Source of the DNA: Alphaproteobacteria bacterium
GTDB lineage: Bacteria; Pseudomonadota; Alphaproteobacteria; Micavibrionales; Micavibrionaceae
NCBI GenBank assembly: GCA_025451095.1
Contig: JANWLB010000013.1
Location: 4,244-68,243, forward strand
DNA: 64,000 bases
Reading direction: 5' to 3'
Part shown: positions 48,158 to 57,128 of the stretch, one piece after another
Numbering within the stretch: position 1 is the stretch's first letter
Layout of the letters: each line of letters opens with the position of its first letter
Notes under the pieces: model-generated
Seen by the model: only the letters and a program-made list of their open reading frames with translations
The model's database searches: none
Told to the model about the DNA's origin: nothing
Made by a program: the position numbers and the translations under genes

Positions 48158-49326
48158 TGTTCGTCCTGACCGGCTTCTGGTTATGCACCCTCGCCGGCGT
48201 CACGCTCATACACTGGATTTTGCCCGAAAGATGGCGGGGCTGGTGGCTGGCACTGGCCTCGGCCGCTTTTTTAGGCTGGCTTTCACCCCTGTCGCTCGCT
48301 TTTTTGTCCGGCCTGACTCTGGCCATCTATTTTCTGACGGCGAAGGCTGAACGTATTTCAGGGCGCAAACTTCTGATCCTCATCGCGCTGGCTGGCGGCC
48401 TTCTGGCACTCTGCAAGACGCATATGGCCCTGATCCAGCCGGTAGCCGATCTTGGCGCGGCAGGCAACGGTGATATTCTCATTCCTCTGGGCCTGTCCTA
48501 CTACACCCTGCGCTGCCTTCATTACGGCATAGAAAAATGCAAAGGCACGATTCCGGCACATCCCTTCCGGGATTTTATTTTTTATATCTTCTATCTGCCG
48601 ACATTCATGACCGGTCCGATCCACCGTTTTCCCGCCTTTGAAAAAGATATGCGGCGCAAGCGCTGGGACCCGTTTGTGTTCGCCCGCGGCCTTGAACGAA
48701 TTCTGTTCGGCTACGTTAAAATATGTTTTTGCGCCAATCTCCTCGCAACAGGCGTTTTTGGACAGCTCATCGAAACTCATGCCGTCGCCGGCGGCAGTCT
48801 CGAGGCCTGGCTGCTGATGATACAAAACGGGATAACGCTTTATTTCCAGTTCGCGGGCGCCTCCGATATCGCGATCGGCTTTGGTCTTCTTCTTGGATTC
48901 AATGTCATGGAAAATTTCAATTTTCCTTTCCTGGCGCGCAATATTTCTGATTTCTGGACCCGCTGGCATATATCACTGACCAGCTGGTGCCGCGACTATG
49001 TTTACATGGGCACGGCAGCGGTGACGCGCAATACCATGCTCGCGGCCCTGGCCTCGATGCTGGCCATGGGGCTCTGGCATGAAGTATCGTGGCGCTATCT
49101 GATCTGGGGCCTTTATCAGGGCGCCGGCATCCTGATCTGGCAGAAATTCCAGACCCTGAAGCCGCATTTGCCGCGCTCTGAAAACAAATATGTGCACAGC
49201 GCCGCAAGAGCCGGCTCGACAATTCTCACGCTTCTGTACGTCATGCTGGCGATGTACTTCGTGCGCTTCAGCAGCCTTGAAGAGTCTTTTTCACAGGCCG
49301 CTAAAATCGTTCTGCCCTGGCGCTGA
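48157..49326 (+). CDS. MBOAT-family O-acyltransferase, DltB-sized
   Basis: GLSYYTL, PTFMTGPIHRF, FAGASDIAIG, NFNFPFLARNISDFWTRWHISLTSWCRDYVY and GLWHE (catalytic His). 389 aa, which is DltB-like rather than AlgI-like in length. Confidence 0.9.
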   Translation: MFVLTGFWLCTLAGVTLIHWILPERWRGWWLALASAAFLGWLSPLSLAFLSGLTLAIYFLTAKAERISGRKLLILIALAGGLLALCKTHMALIQPVADLGAAGNGDILIPLGLSYYTLRCLHYGIEKCKGTIPAHPFRDFIFYIFYLPTFMTGPIHRFPAFEKDMRRKRWDPFVFARGLERILFGYVKICFCANLLATGVFGQLIETHAVAGGSLEAWLLMIQNGITLYFQFAGASDIAIGFGLLLGFNVMENFNFPFLARNISDFWTRWHISLTSWCRDYVYMGTAAVTRNTMLAALASMLAMGLWHEVSWRYLIWGLYQGAGILIWQKFQTLKPHLPRSENKYVHSAARAGSTILTLLYVMLAMYFVRFSSLEESFSQAAKIVLPWR

Positions 49327-49394
49327 ATTGACAGGAAAGACGAAAGCCTATATCCGGTTAGGAATAATAATAATAATAAAACTGGACAGGAAAA

Positions 49395-50354
49395 ATGTTT
49401 CACTCGCTGGCAAAAAGCGCGGCCCGCCTGGGCGTTGCCGAAGCCCTTATCTTCAGTCTGGCAGGAACCGGTTGCCTGCCGGCGCTTAAGACCACGCCCG
49501 CCGCCGACTGCAGCCGCTACGTCCGCGCGCGCGCGGAGGCTGCTTCCGTCCCCGCCCCGAAAAACGCGCGTGACTTTTTGTCCGCCAATGTTCAGGGTCT
49601 GCCTTTCGGGCTCGACAACCTCAGTCGCAAGACGCCTTATCCGCCCAACAGGTTTGAATGTCTGGGCGAGATCGCCTCCGCCTATGACATAGCTGTGTTT
49701 CAGGAAGACTGGCAGGATAATCAGAAACTCACCGGAAATCATCCCTATCGCCTGTCCGCCAAGCCTTCTGACTCTCTCTTTCGCGCCGGATCGGGCCTTA
49801 CCCTGCTTTCACGGGAGCCTTTCACGGAGGTGCGGGATATCCCATTTAAAAACTGCAGCGGGGGCCATGAAATTGTCCTTTATGCCTGGGCAAAAGCTGT
49901 CGGCTTCCCTGCAAAATGGACAGAGAGATTTAATACCAAGGCGGATTGCTTTGCCACGAAGGGCTTTCGCCTGACGCGAACCGGCAACCTTATGCTGGTC
50001 AACAGCCATCTCGATGCCGGCAACACTTCAAGGGATTCGCGGGCACGCGCCAGCCAGCTTGAGCAGATCACGGAAAAATTGCCTAAATCCATTCCGCTTC
50101 TGATTGCCTTCGATGCCAATCTCAAGAGCAACATCCCCCGGGACGAAGACTCGCTGGCCCGATTTCTGCGTGAAAACGATCTGAAAATTGCCCTGCGCAA
50201 TAAAACCGATCTCATTCTCTATCGCGGCCTGACCGTCAAGAACGTGCATACGGTCGATCTGACCGATCTTAGCGATCATAACGGCCTGGCGCTGACCTTT
50301 ATGCTTCCGCAATCCACAGCGCCACCCACACCCCAGGTCAGGCCGGCACCCTAA
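49395..50354 (+). CDS. endonuclease/exonuclease/phosphatase (EEP) family protein, neutral-sphingomyelinase-like; probable lipoprotein or secreted
   Basis: Signal-like N-terminus with ..SLAGTGC. EEP blocks are DIAVFQEDW, LVNSHLDAG, IAFDANL and the terminal DLSDHNG. Confidence 0.7.
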   Translation: MFHSLAKSAARLGVAEALIFSLAGTGCLPALKTTPAADCSRYVRARAEAASVPAPKNARDFLSANVQGLPFGLDNLSRKTPYPPNRFECLGEIASAYDIAVFQEDWQDNQKLTGNHPYRLSAKPSDSLFRAGSGLTLLSREPFTEVRDIPFKNCSGGHEIVLYAWAKAVGFPAKWTERFNTKADCFATKGFRLTRTGNLMLVNSHLDAGNTSRDSRARASQLEQITEKLPKSIPLLIAFDANLKSNIPRDEDSLARFLRENDLKIALRNKTDLILYRGLTVKNVHTVDLTDLSDHNGLALTFMLPQSTAPPTPQVRPAP

Positions 50355-50401
50355 AAAAACGCCTTATAAGACAGAGCCGGCGTGATATACTGGATGCCGC
50401 C

Positions 50402-50545
50402 ATGAAACTATACAGCTTCCTTCGGCAAAGATTCTCTCCCGGCGACGCCGCCATACTGACCGGCGCCTGGTATGCCCTGCTTTTGTTCCTCGTATTTCTC
50501 GGACTCTCCCAGCAAGGGGTGGATTTGCGCTATGCCCACTTCTGA
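50402..50545 (+). CDS. 47-aa single-TM micro-protein, DltX-like (MKLYSFLRQRFSPGDAAILTGAWYALLLFLVFLGLSQQGVDLRYAHF)
   Basis: Hand translation; the ORF is below the track's size cutoff. One TM helix followed by a C-terminal aromatic hexapeptide LRYAHF, with Tyr at -4 and Phe at -1. Overlaps the sulfotransferase start by 14 nt. The SD is weak. Confidence 0.4.
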   Translation: MKLYSFLRQRFSPGDAAILTGAWYALLLFLVFLGLSQQGVDLRYAHF

Positions 50546-51437
50546 AACGCAAGGGATCATTATTCTGGGCGTGCCCCGGTCAGGCACAACCCTGCTGCGC
50601 CGCCTGCTTGACGCCCATCCCGCGCTCTGCTGCCCCGGTGAGACTTTTTTGTTCCGCGGCTGCGCCCGCTTTCTCGAACATGATGTCATTTCCTCAGGAT
50701 TCGATTACGGCGTGCTGGGCGCCCTGGAAGGTCTGGGCTATCAGCGCGGCGACGTCACGGCCCGCCTGCGCCGCTTCGTAACACAGTTTTACGAAGAACT
50801 GGCGCAAAAAGCCGGAAAACCACGGTGGGCCGCGAAAACCGCGGTCGACAGTTTTTACCTGCCGCAGATCGAGGAGCTTTTCACCGGCCATGCCCGCTTT
50901 ATCTGCCTGACCCGCCACGGGCTTGATGTAGTTTGCAGCATGGATGAGTTCTCCCGCGATCTGCAGACCTATATAAGCGAGATTCACGACTATACAAAAC
51001 GCTATCCCCGCCCCTTTGAGGCCTTCGCCCATGCCTGGGCCGATGTGACCGGCGCGCTTCTTGATTTTGCGCAGCGCCATAAAAGCGACTGTCATCAGCT
51101 GCGCTACGAAGACCTGGTGAAGAACCCCGATTCTGAGCTTAAGAAAATCACAGACTTTCTTAAACTGCCCGCCCTGCCAAAGGCTGCGGACATACTGGCA
51201 AACAAAACGCTTGATGGCATTGGTGACTGGAAATCATACAAGAAAACGAAAATGGAAACCGCCGCCGTCGGACGCTGGAGCCAGCAACTGCCCGACGCCA
51301 CCATCGAAGCACTGGCCCCCATCGTTAATCCCGCATTGGTCCGTGCGGGCTATGAAGCTGTGTCGGCCGGCAGCGCCGAGGATCAGAAACGCCGGCAGGA
51401 ACTGGCCCGCATGATGATGCAGGCCCGCGACGCCTAG
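50532..51437 (+). CDS. sulfotransferase-family protein
   Basis: From Met21 of the tracked ORF: IIILGVPRSGTTLLRRLL (5'-PSB PAPS-binding loop) and RYEDLV (3'-PB region). Confidence 0.8.
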   Translation: MPTSETQGIIILGVPRSGTTLLRRLLDAHPALCCPGETFLFRGCARFLEHDVISSGFDYGVLGALEGLGYQRGDVTARLRRFVTQFYEELAQKAGKPRWAAKTAVDSFYLPQIEELFTGHARFICLTRHGLDVVCSMDEFSRDLQTYISEIHDYTKRYPRPFEAFAHAWADVTGALLDFAQRHKSDCHQLRYEDLVKNPDSELKKITDFLKLPALPKAADILANKTLDGIGDWKSYKKTKMETAAVGRWSQQLPDATIEALAPIVNPALVRAGYEAVSAGSAEDQKRRQELARMMMQARDA

Positions 51438-52372
51438 CGCGGCAACCAGTCGTCCGTGATCTTTTTATTGAGCCACGACGTGAAAACCTTGCGCCCTGTA
51501 GCGTTTAAATGCACGTCATCGCAAAACTGGGTGGATTCATCCGGCGCCTGATATGAGTCCCACTTTAAATCGCTGTAGAGTCCCGGCAGAAGCTGTTCCG
51601 GCGTGGGATAAAAACCCAGCCCGTGAAAATCAACAAGATCGAGCGGGATGGCGTAGCGCGCCATAAGATCCGTATAGGGCCTGAGATTGAGCACCACAAC
51701 CCTGATACCCGCCGCCCGCGCCTGCCGCAGGAAATTCTGTGCCATCACATAGCCCTGATTTTCTTTTATCAGGCTGTGATGGTCCTTTTTCATGAAAGAA
51801 ATGCGCTGCGCCATATAGGCTTTATCAAAACGCGCTTCGCATTGAATCAAAAGCGTATGCCGGTCCGCGCTCCATTCGCGTCTTTCGTCGTAACGGGTCA
51901 ATATCTTGCGAAAATAATCCACGACAATTCCGGAGATTTTAACCAGCTTTGGGCTGGCTCCCGGCGCATTTGAAATAACACTATTCTGGATAACGATCAG
52001 GTCGGGATGGGCGCGCAATATATAGGGCGTCAGCGCATCATACAGATCGAACCGCCCTGCATTATAGGCGAACTGCAGAACAGCCATGCGGCGGCCATCG
52101 GGCAGGCGAATAATGCTGTCAGGGTCAACGCCTTCAGTCGTCGCATGGCGCAGGCGTGAATTTCCCAGCAGAATGACGCCAATGTCTGATTTTTCTTTCG
52201 CTTTCTCAAACTTACTTATGATTTCTGCATTGAAGTCGTTGGCGATATAGCGGCTCATATTCCTTTCGCCTGCCATGAAAAAACTGACAGCGATCATGTC
52301 GGCCGCCAGAATCAGCGCCCACAAAAAGGACCAGAAATACTTTTTTTCGTATTTTAAAAGAGGTTCAGCCAT
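51434..52372 (-). CDS. membrane-anchored SGNH/DltD-like esterase-acyltransferase
   Basis: N-terminal TM (FWSFLWALILAADMIAVSFF), block I-like LLGNSR, and block V-like DDVHLNATG. The start is taken at Met19 (MAEPLL). The family call is tentative. Confidence 0.5.
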   Translation of the reverse strand: MAEPLLKYEKKYFWSFLWALILAADMIAVSFFMAGERNMSRYIANDFNAEIISKFEKAKEKSDIGVILLGNSRLRHATTEGVDPDSIIRLPDGRRMAVLQFAYNAGRFDLYDALTPYILRAHPDLIVIQNSVISNAPGASPKLVKISGIVVDYFRKILTRYDERREWSADRHTLLIQCEARFDKAYMAQRISFMKKDHHSLIKENQGYVMAQNFLRQARAAGIRVVVLNLRPYTDLMARYAIPLDLVDFHGLGFYPTPEQLLPGLYSDLKWDSYQAPDESTQFCDDVHLNATGRKVFTSWLNKKITDDWLPR

Positions 52373-52382
52373 AAAGCCCGAC

Positions 52383-53186
52383 CTAAACTCCCGTCGGCGA
52401 AAGCAGCTTCCAGTCCATAAAAACAAAGCGCTCCGGCTCCAGCATCACGCCCATAAGCTTGAGAAGCAACAGATGAAGCACATAAATTTCGAGCGTGCGG
52501 CGGCCCATGATTTTGAGCAGGCCGGTCAGCGGAAAGGGCAAAGCCTTCGTCAGTCGCGGGAACGTCAGGGGCCTGAAGAAGTACAGAGCCGTCATGACAG
52601 CCGTGATGCCAAGAGCCAGCACCCTGAACTGCGGCGCTGAAAAGCCAAAAAAAAGTTCCTGAAGGGCGACAAAGCTTATAAGCGCAAAGGCAAGATATTG
52701 CTGTGGCAGTCCGCCGGGAACGCGCGCGTCGTCCTTGTTACGCATCACCCAGCCGTAAATGGCCATTATGAGAGCATGCGTCCCGTACTCGACGGCAAGA
52801 CTTGTAGGGATGGCCAGTATAAAAAGAAAGGCTATCCCGGCCCAGAAGTCGCGCCTGCTTTTAAGGGCGTGTTTCAGGAAAGGATCGAGCGCCATCCTTA
52901 CAAACAGCATCGTCGCCATAATATTGGCCGGCAGGATACTCATCCCGGCCGGCACGTTGGCCGCCAGAAGAATCGAGCAGCCGATCCAGAGCCTTTTGCC
53001 CGTATCCCGGCTTCGCGCGTAACCGATCAGAAAAAACCAGATCGGCACGCACAGGCGCCCGGCAACACGCCACCAGTTGTCATCAGGATAAAAATAATAG
53101 CCGACATGATCCACGATCATCAACATCACGGCCAGGGCCTTGAGAAGATCGTACGACGTCAGATCGCGGGGGAGCGTTTTTGTCAT
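52383..53186 (-). CDS. TraX-family membrane (acyl)transferase, copy 1
   Basis: SYDLLKALAVMLMIVDHVG matches the TraX N-terminal motif (compare F-plasmid TraX ..DIIKTVALVLMVLDHAN). Polytopic. Confidence 0.7.
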   Translation of the reverse strand: MTKTLPRDLTSYDLLKALAVMLMIVDHVGYYFYPDDNWWRVAGRLCVPIWFFLIGYARSRDTGKRLWIGCSILLAANVPAGMSILPANIMATMLFVRMALDPFLKHALKSRRDFWAGIAFLFILAIPTSLAVEYGTHALIMAIYGWVMRNKDDARVPGGLPQQYLAFALISFVALQELFFGFSAPQFRVLALGITAVMTALYFFRPLTFPRLTKALPFPLTGLLKIMGRRTLEIYVLHLLLLKLMGVMLEPERFVFMDWKLLSPTGV

Positions 53187-53190
53187 GGCG

Positions 53191-53967
53191 CTATCCGTAA
53201 GCCTGTCTGTAGGCGGCAAACGCCATAAAAAGAATGAAGTGAACGACATAAACCGCCAGCGTGTAGCGGCCCATGAAACGCACCAGAGGCGCCAGCGTCC
53301 AGGAAAGCGCCCGGGTCAGGCCGGGAAAGACCATAGGCCTGAAACTGTAAAGACTGACCAGGACGGTAGCGCTGCCAAGAAAAGTCGCCATGGATTGAAA
53401 AACGGAAAACTGGAACAGCACCGATTGTATCAGCGTAAATACCAGCACACAGAAAATCGTATAAGGGAAGATCAGCGTTATTCGTTTGCGCGGATCGTCG
53501 GAAAAATGGCGGACGATATAGCCAAAAACCGCCAGAATGAGCCCCAGCGTTCCGTATTCGGTCAGAAGATTGGTCGGCACCGCCAGAATGGCAAGAAGCA
53601 GCGCCGCAGCCCAGAAAATCAGCGGGTGTTTGAGCACCCAGCGCATGTAGGTGTCCAGAACCATACGAATGAACAGGATGTTGAACAGGATCGTCAGCGA
53701 CCAGATCCTGTGCTGGATCAGATAACGGGCCGCAGCCACGAGCGTCCCCGCCGCCCAGATATGAATCCCGATATCGCGACTGCGCGCATAGCCGATCAGG
53801 AAGAACCACATCGGCACGCAATACCGGCCGACAACACGAAACCACAATTCCTGCGGGTAAAAGAACGCACCCACGTGATCGACGATCATCAGAATGACGG
53901 CCAGCGTCTTGAGAAGGTCGTAACTGGTCAGGGTCTGTGATGGCGGGGCAACCGTCTGGGTCATCAC
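53191..53967 (-). CDS. TraX-family membrane (acyl)transferase, copy 2
   Basis: SYDLLKTLAVILMIVDHVG...VPMWFFLIGYARSRD is nearly identical to the N-terminal third of copy 1. Stops 4 nt before the copy 1 start. Confidence 0.7.
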   Translation of the reverse strand: MMTQTVAPPSQTLTSYDLLKTLAVILMIVDHVGAFFYPQELWFRVVGRYCVPMWFFLIGYARSRDIGIHIWAAGTLVAAARYLIQHRIWSLTILFNILFIRMVLDTYMRWVLKHPLIFWAAALLLAILAVPTNLLTEYGTLGLILAVFGYIVRHFSDDPRKRITLIFPYTIFCVLVFTLIQSVLFQFSVFQSMATFLGSATVLVSLYSFRPMVFPGLTRALSWTLAPLVRFMGRYTLAVYVVHFILFMAFAAYRQAYG

Positions 53968-54047
53968 GGAATCATAACCTAATCCTATGACTGTGAATTC
54001 CCGATTTTTATTGACATATTAAGGACGGCTTACTTAGGATACGGCCC

Positions 54048-54800
54048 ATGCTTTATTCCTTGCGCGCCCGATGGGCTTTTGCCCGGACACAACCGCATCC
54101 CGCCGACCCCTGCGTGCGACTGACGGATAATCCGGGCGATCTGGTCGCCATCCATCACCCCAACGTCCGGGCCGTCATCTGGCAGAGACCTTTGAACGAG
54201 GACATCAGAAACGATTTGAGAAATATCGATCACAGCAATTTTCTTATAAGAACCCGACTGGATGTGCCTGATGTTTTCCTTGCGCCCGGATTTCGACGGA
54301 TCACGACTGATCACTTAAGTCCCCAATCTCGCCCGCCACCCAGTATAGAAAAAGACGTCATCCTGTTGGCCGACGTCTTTCGCAGAGCCCATGGACTGCC
54401 TTTTCACCACCACAAAAATAGCCTGGGCCTGCAGACACGTCCTTTGAAGGATCCAAACGCGCCCGACTTTGTATTTTTAAGCTTTGTCATTCCTCACTTT
54501 GATGGATTCCACACCAGAATGGTTACCAACTATTCTCTGGATGAAGAGATGGGCACCATATGGTTTCCGGGCGATTACACCTATGAACAGGTGGAAAATC
54601 TCAAAACGAAACTCCGAAGCAACGAAGAAAAGTTACTGGAAAATATTCAAATCGCGATGAAAGAACACAATGCCCAACACATCACGCCGGGAGATGTTCT
54701 CTTCCTGAAAGGCCATTTGCATAGAAGCCGGAAATGGCTTCTGCACTGTCCGCCACCCCTGAAACCGGATGTCGTCCGCCTGACTCGTCTTTATCCCTGA
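54048..54800 (+). CDS. hypothetical protein (A/T-rich gene; possibly DUF1826-like, unverified)
   Basis: 250-aa ORF with AGGA 8 nt upstream of the ATG. By eye the second half is markedly A/T-richer than priA next door. Confidence 0.45.
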   Translation: MLYSLRARWAFARTQPHPADPCVRLTDNPGDLVAIHHPNVRAVIWQRPLNEDIRNDLRNIDHSNFLIRTRLDVPDVFLAPGFRRITTDHLSPQSRPPPSIEKDVILLADVFRRAHGLPFHHHKNSLGLQTRPLKDPNAPDFVFLSFVIPHFDGFHTRMVTNYSLDEEMGTIWFPGDYTYEQVENLKTKLRSNEEKLLENIQIAMKEHNAQHITPGDVLFLKGHLHRSRKWLLHCPPPLKPDVVRLTRLYP

Positions 54801-54803
54801 CTC

Positions 54804-57083
54804 CTAAAGAAAACTTTGCGGATCGATATCGACGGAGATACGCACTGTCGAGGGCACTTTCAACTGCGCCAACCAGCCTTCAATCGATTTCTGAAGATTG
54901 ACGTTCTTGTCCGCGCGCACCAGAAGGCGGCGGCGGTAATTCCCGCGCAGCCGGTAGAAAGGTGCCTCCGCCGGGCCGAGCGTCTGGATTCCCTGCCCCT
55001 GCGGCGCGCATTTTCCGGCTTCGATCGCCATATCCATGACCTGTTGTTCATCCTTGCCGAAAACAATGATCCCGGCCAGTCGGCTGTAGGGTGGCATATG
55101 CGATGTCTCGCGCTCATGCGCCTCAATCTCGAGGAAACGGTCGCGGTCATGGGCGGCCAGCGCCTGCATAACCTTGTTGCCCGGCAACCACGTCTGAAGA
55201 TACACGCGGCCCGGCAGGGCTTCACGCCCGGCGCGCCCCGCCACCTGATGCAGAAGCTGGAACGTGCGCTCTGCCGCGCGCAGATCGCCGCCCTGCAGTC
55301 CCAGATCGGCATCAACCACGCCGACCAGGGTGAGATCCGGAAAGTGATGTCCCTTGGCGATGATCTGTGTGCCGATAATAATGTCGTATTGATGCTCCCG
55401 GATATCGCTCAGGATTTTTGAGAGCTCCTCATGCGTGCCCGCTGTGTCACTGGCCAGGACAATCGTGCGGGCCTGCGGAAAATATTCTTTTACCTCTTCC
55501 AGTATGCGCTCCACGCCAGGCCCGCAGGCGCTTAGCGAGTCTTCCTCGCCGCAGGAGCTGCATTTTTTCGGCAGGCTCGCCATATAGCCGCAATGATGGC
55601 ATTGCAGGCGGCCGGTCCGCCGGTGCTCGACCAGCCACGCGGTGCAGCGCGGGCATTCCATGCGATGACCGCAGGTCCGGCACAGAGTCAAAGGCGCATA
55701 GCCGCGCCGGTTTAAAAACAGCAGGCTTTGCTCTCCCGCCTCCAGATTGGCCTGCAGCGCCGCCTTCAGCGAGGGCGCGATGAAATGCTGCCGGTCCGGT
55801 TTATCCTTCTTCATGTCGATCATGTGCATGTCGGGCAGCTTTGCCCCGCCATGCCGGTCGGGCAGATGAAGATGCGCGTAGCGCCCGGTCCAGACATTGA
55901 CCATCGTTTCCAGCGACGGCGTGGCCGAAACCAGAATCACGGGGATTTTTGACAGATGCGCCCGCACAATCGCCATGTCGCGCGCATGATAGATGACTCC
56001 GTCTTCCTGCTTGTAGGCGGGGTCGTGCTCCTCATCGAGGACGATCGCGCCCAGATCGGCATAGGGCAGGAACAGGGCCGACCGCGCCCCGACCACAACT
56101 TTTGTATGCCCCTCCGCCACGCCGCGCCACGTGTTGCGCCGCCGGGCGGGCGACAACGAAGAATGCCAGAGCGCAGGGGCGCAACCGAAACGCTGCCGGA
56201 AACGGTCAAGAAAGGCATTTGAGAGGGCAATTTCCGGCAGCAGGATGAGAGCCTGCTTCCCCTGACGCAGCGCCTCCGCGACCGCCTCGAAATAAACTTC
56301 CGTCTTGCCAGCGCCGGTCACGCCGTCCAGCAGCGCCGCATAATATCCGCCAGCCGTAACGTGCTGGCGCAGCTGGGCGGCCACGCCTTCCTGCGTCGGC
56401 GACAGAGTGACGCCTGTCTTGCCGGGATCGGGATGGCGGCAGGGCGCGGGTGTATGGATAGCCACCGGCACCAGAAGATTCAGCCCCGCCAGACCCTTGA
56501 CCACTGCGGGCGTACAAGCAGCGGCTTCGGCGATTTCAGAGGCGCGGCGCGGCTGACCATCCTTTAGAACCTCAAGGATGCGGCGGCGGGCCGGGGAAAG
56601 ATTTTTCAGGAGTCGCCGGCCGTCATCCTCCGCCCGCAAAGCCTCGCGGGCCGTTTCCGACAGGACATAGCCGGTCGCCGGATCGGGCGGCGCGAGGGCT
56701 GCGAACACGGGCAGCGCCATTTTCAGAACCGCACCAGCCGATGCCATATTATATTGAGCCACCCAATCCAGAAAACGGCGATTCACCTCCGGCATGGGGG
56801 GCAGATCGTGACGGGCCAAGACGGACTTAAGCTTGAGTTTACGCTTTGCTGCCGTGACCTCCGGGGATGCCGCTTCCGCCGCCTTGTCCCAGACAACCCC
56901 CGGCACCTCGCGGCTGCCGAGAGGCACGGTCACATAGTCGCCCGGCTGCAGCGACAGCCCTTCGGGCACGGCATAGCTGTAGGCCTTGTCCACAGGATAC
57001 GGCACCAGAACCGTTGCCTGGACCGCGTCCGCACCGGCCTGCGGCGCGGGCGCCTCTTCTGCTCCTTGAAAAAGTGTCCGCAT
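54804..57083 (-). CDS. priA: primosomal replication protein N' (PriA helicase)
   Basis: [11 protein letters not shown] (Walker A), LDEEHD, and the Cys-rich zinc module [21 protein letters not shown]...CHHCG. Confidence 0.95.
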   Translation of the reverse strand: MRTLFQGAEEAPAPQAGADAVQATVLVPYPVDKAYSYAVPEGLSLQPGDYVTVPLGSREVPGVVWDKAAEAASPEVTAAKRKLKLKSVLARHDLPPMPEVNRRFLDWVAQYNMASAGAVLKMALPVFAALAPPDPATGYVLSETAREALRAEDDGRRLLKNLSPARRRILEVLKDGQPRRASEIAEAAACTPAVVKGLAGLNLLVPVAIHTPAPCRHPDPGKTGVTLSPTQEGVAAQLRQHVTAGGYYAALLDGVTGAGKTEVYFEAVAEALRQGKQALILLPEIALSNAFLDRFRQRFGCAPALWHSSLSPARRRNTWRGVAEGHTKVVVGARSALFLPYADLGAIVLDEEHDPAYKQEDGVIYHARDMAIVRAHLSKIPVILVSATPSLETMVNVWTGRYAHLHLPDRHGGAKLPDMHMIDMKKDKPDRQHFIAPSLKAALQANLEAGEQSLLFLNRRGYAPLTLCRTCGHRMECPRCTAWLVEHRRTGRLQCHHCGYMASLPKKCSSCGEEDSLSACGPGVERILEEVKEYFPQARTIVLASDTAGTHEELSKILSDIREHQYDIIIGTQIIAKGHHFPDLTLVGVVDADLGLQGGDLRAAERTFQLLHQVAGRAGREALPGRVYLQTWLPGNKVMQALAAHDRDRFLEIEAHERETSHMPPYSRLAGIIVFGKDEQQVMDMAIEAGKCAPQGQGIQTLGPAEAPFYRLRGNYRRRLLVRADKNVNLQKSIEGWLAQLKVPSTVRISVDIDPQSFL

Positions 57084-57128
57084 CTGCTAGTTTCTAGCAC
57101 AGCTTTTACAGTACAAACAGGTGATCAC

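Noticed and set aside
49363-49377. (AAT)5 microsatellite upstream of the EEP gene as a phase-variation tract
   Set aside because: Five units is too short to be a convincing slipped-strand switch. It lies in the spacer rather than between -35 and -10 or inside a reading frame.
51434-51437. Convergent stop codons sharing a CTAG tetranucleotide (also at 26914..26917)
   Set aside because: This is a trivial consequence of TAG stops on both strands and has no functional implication by itself.
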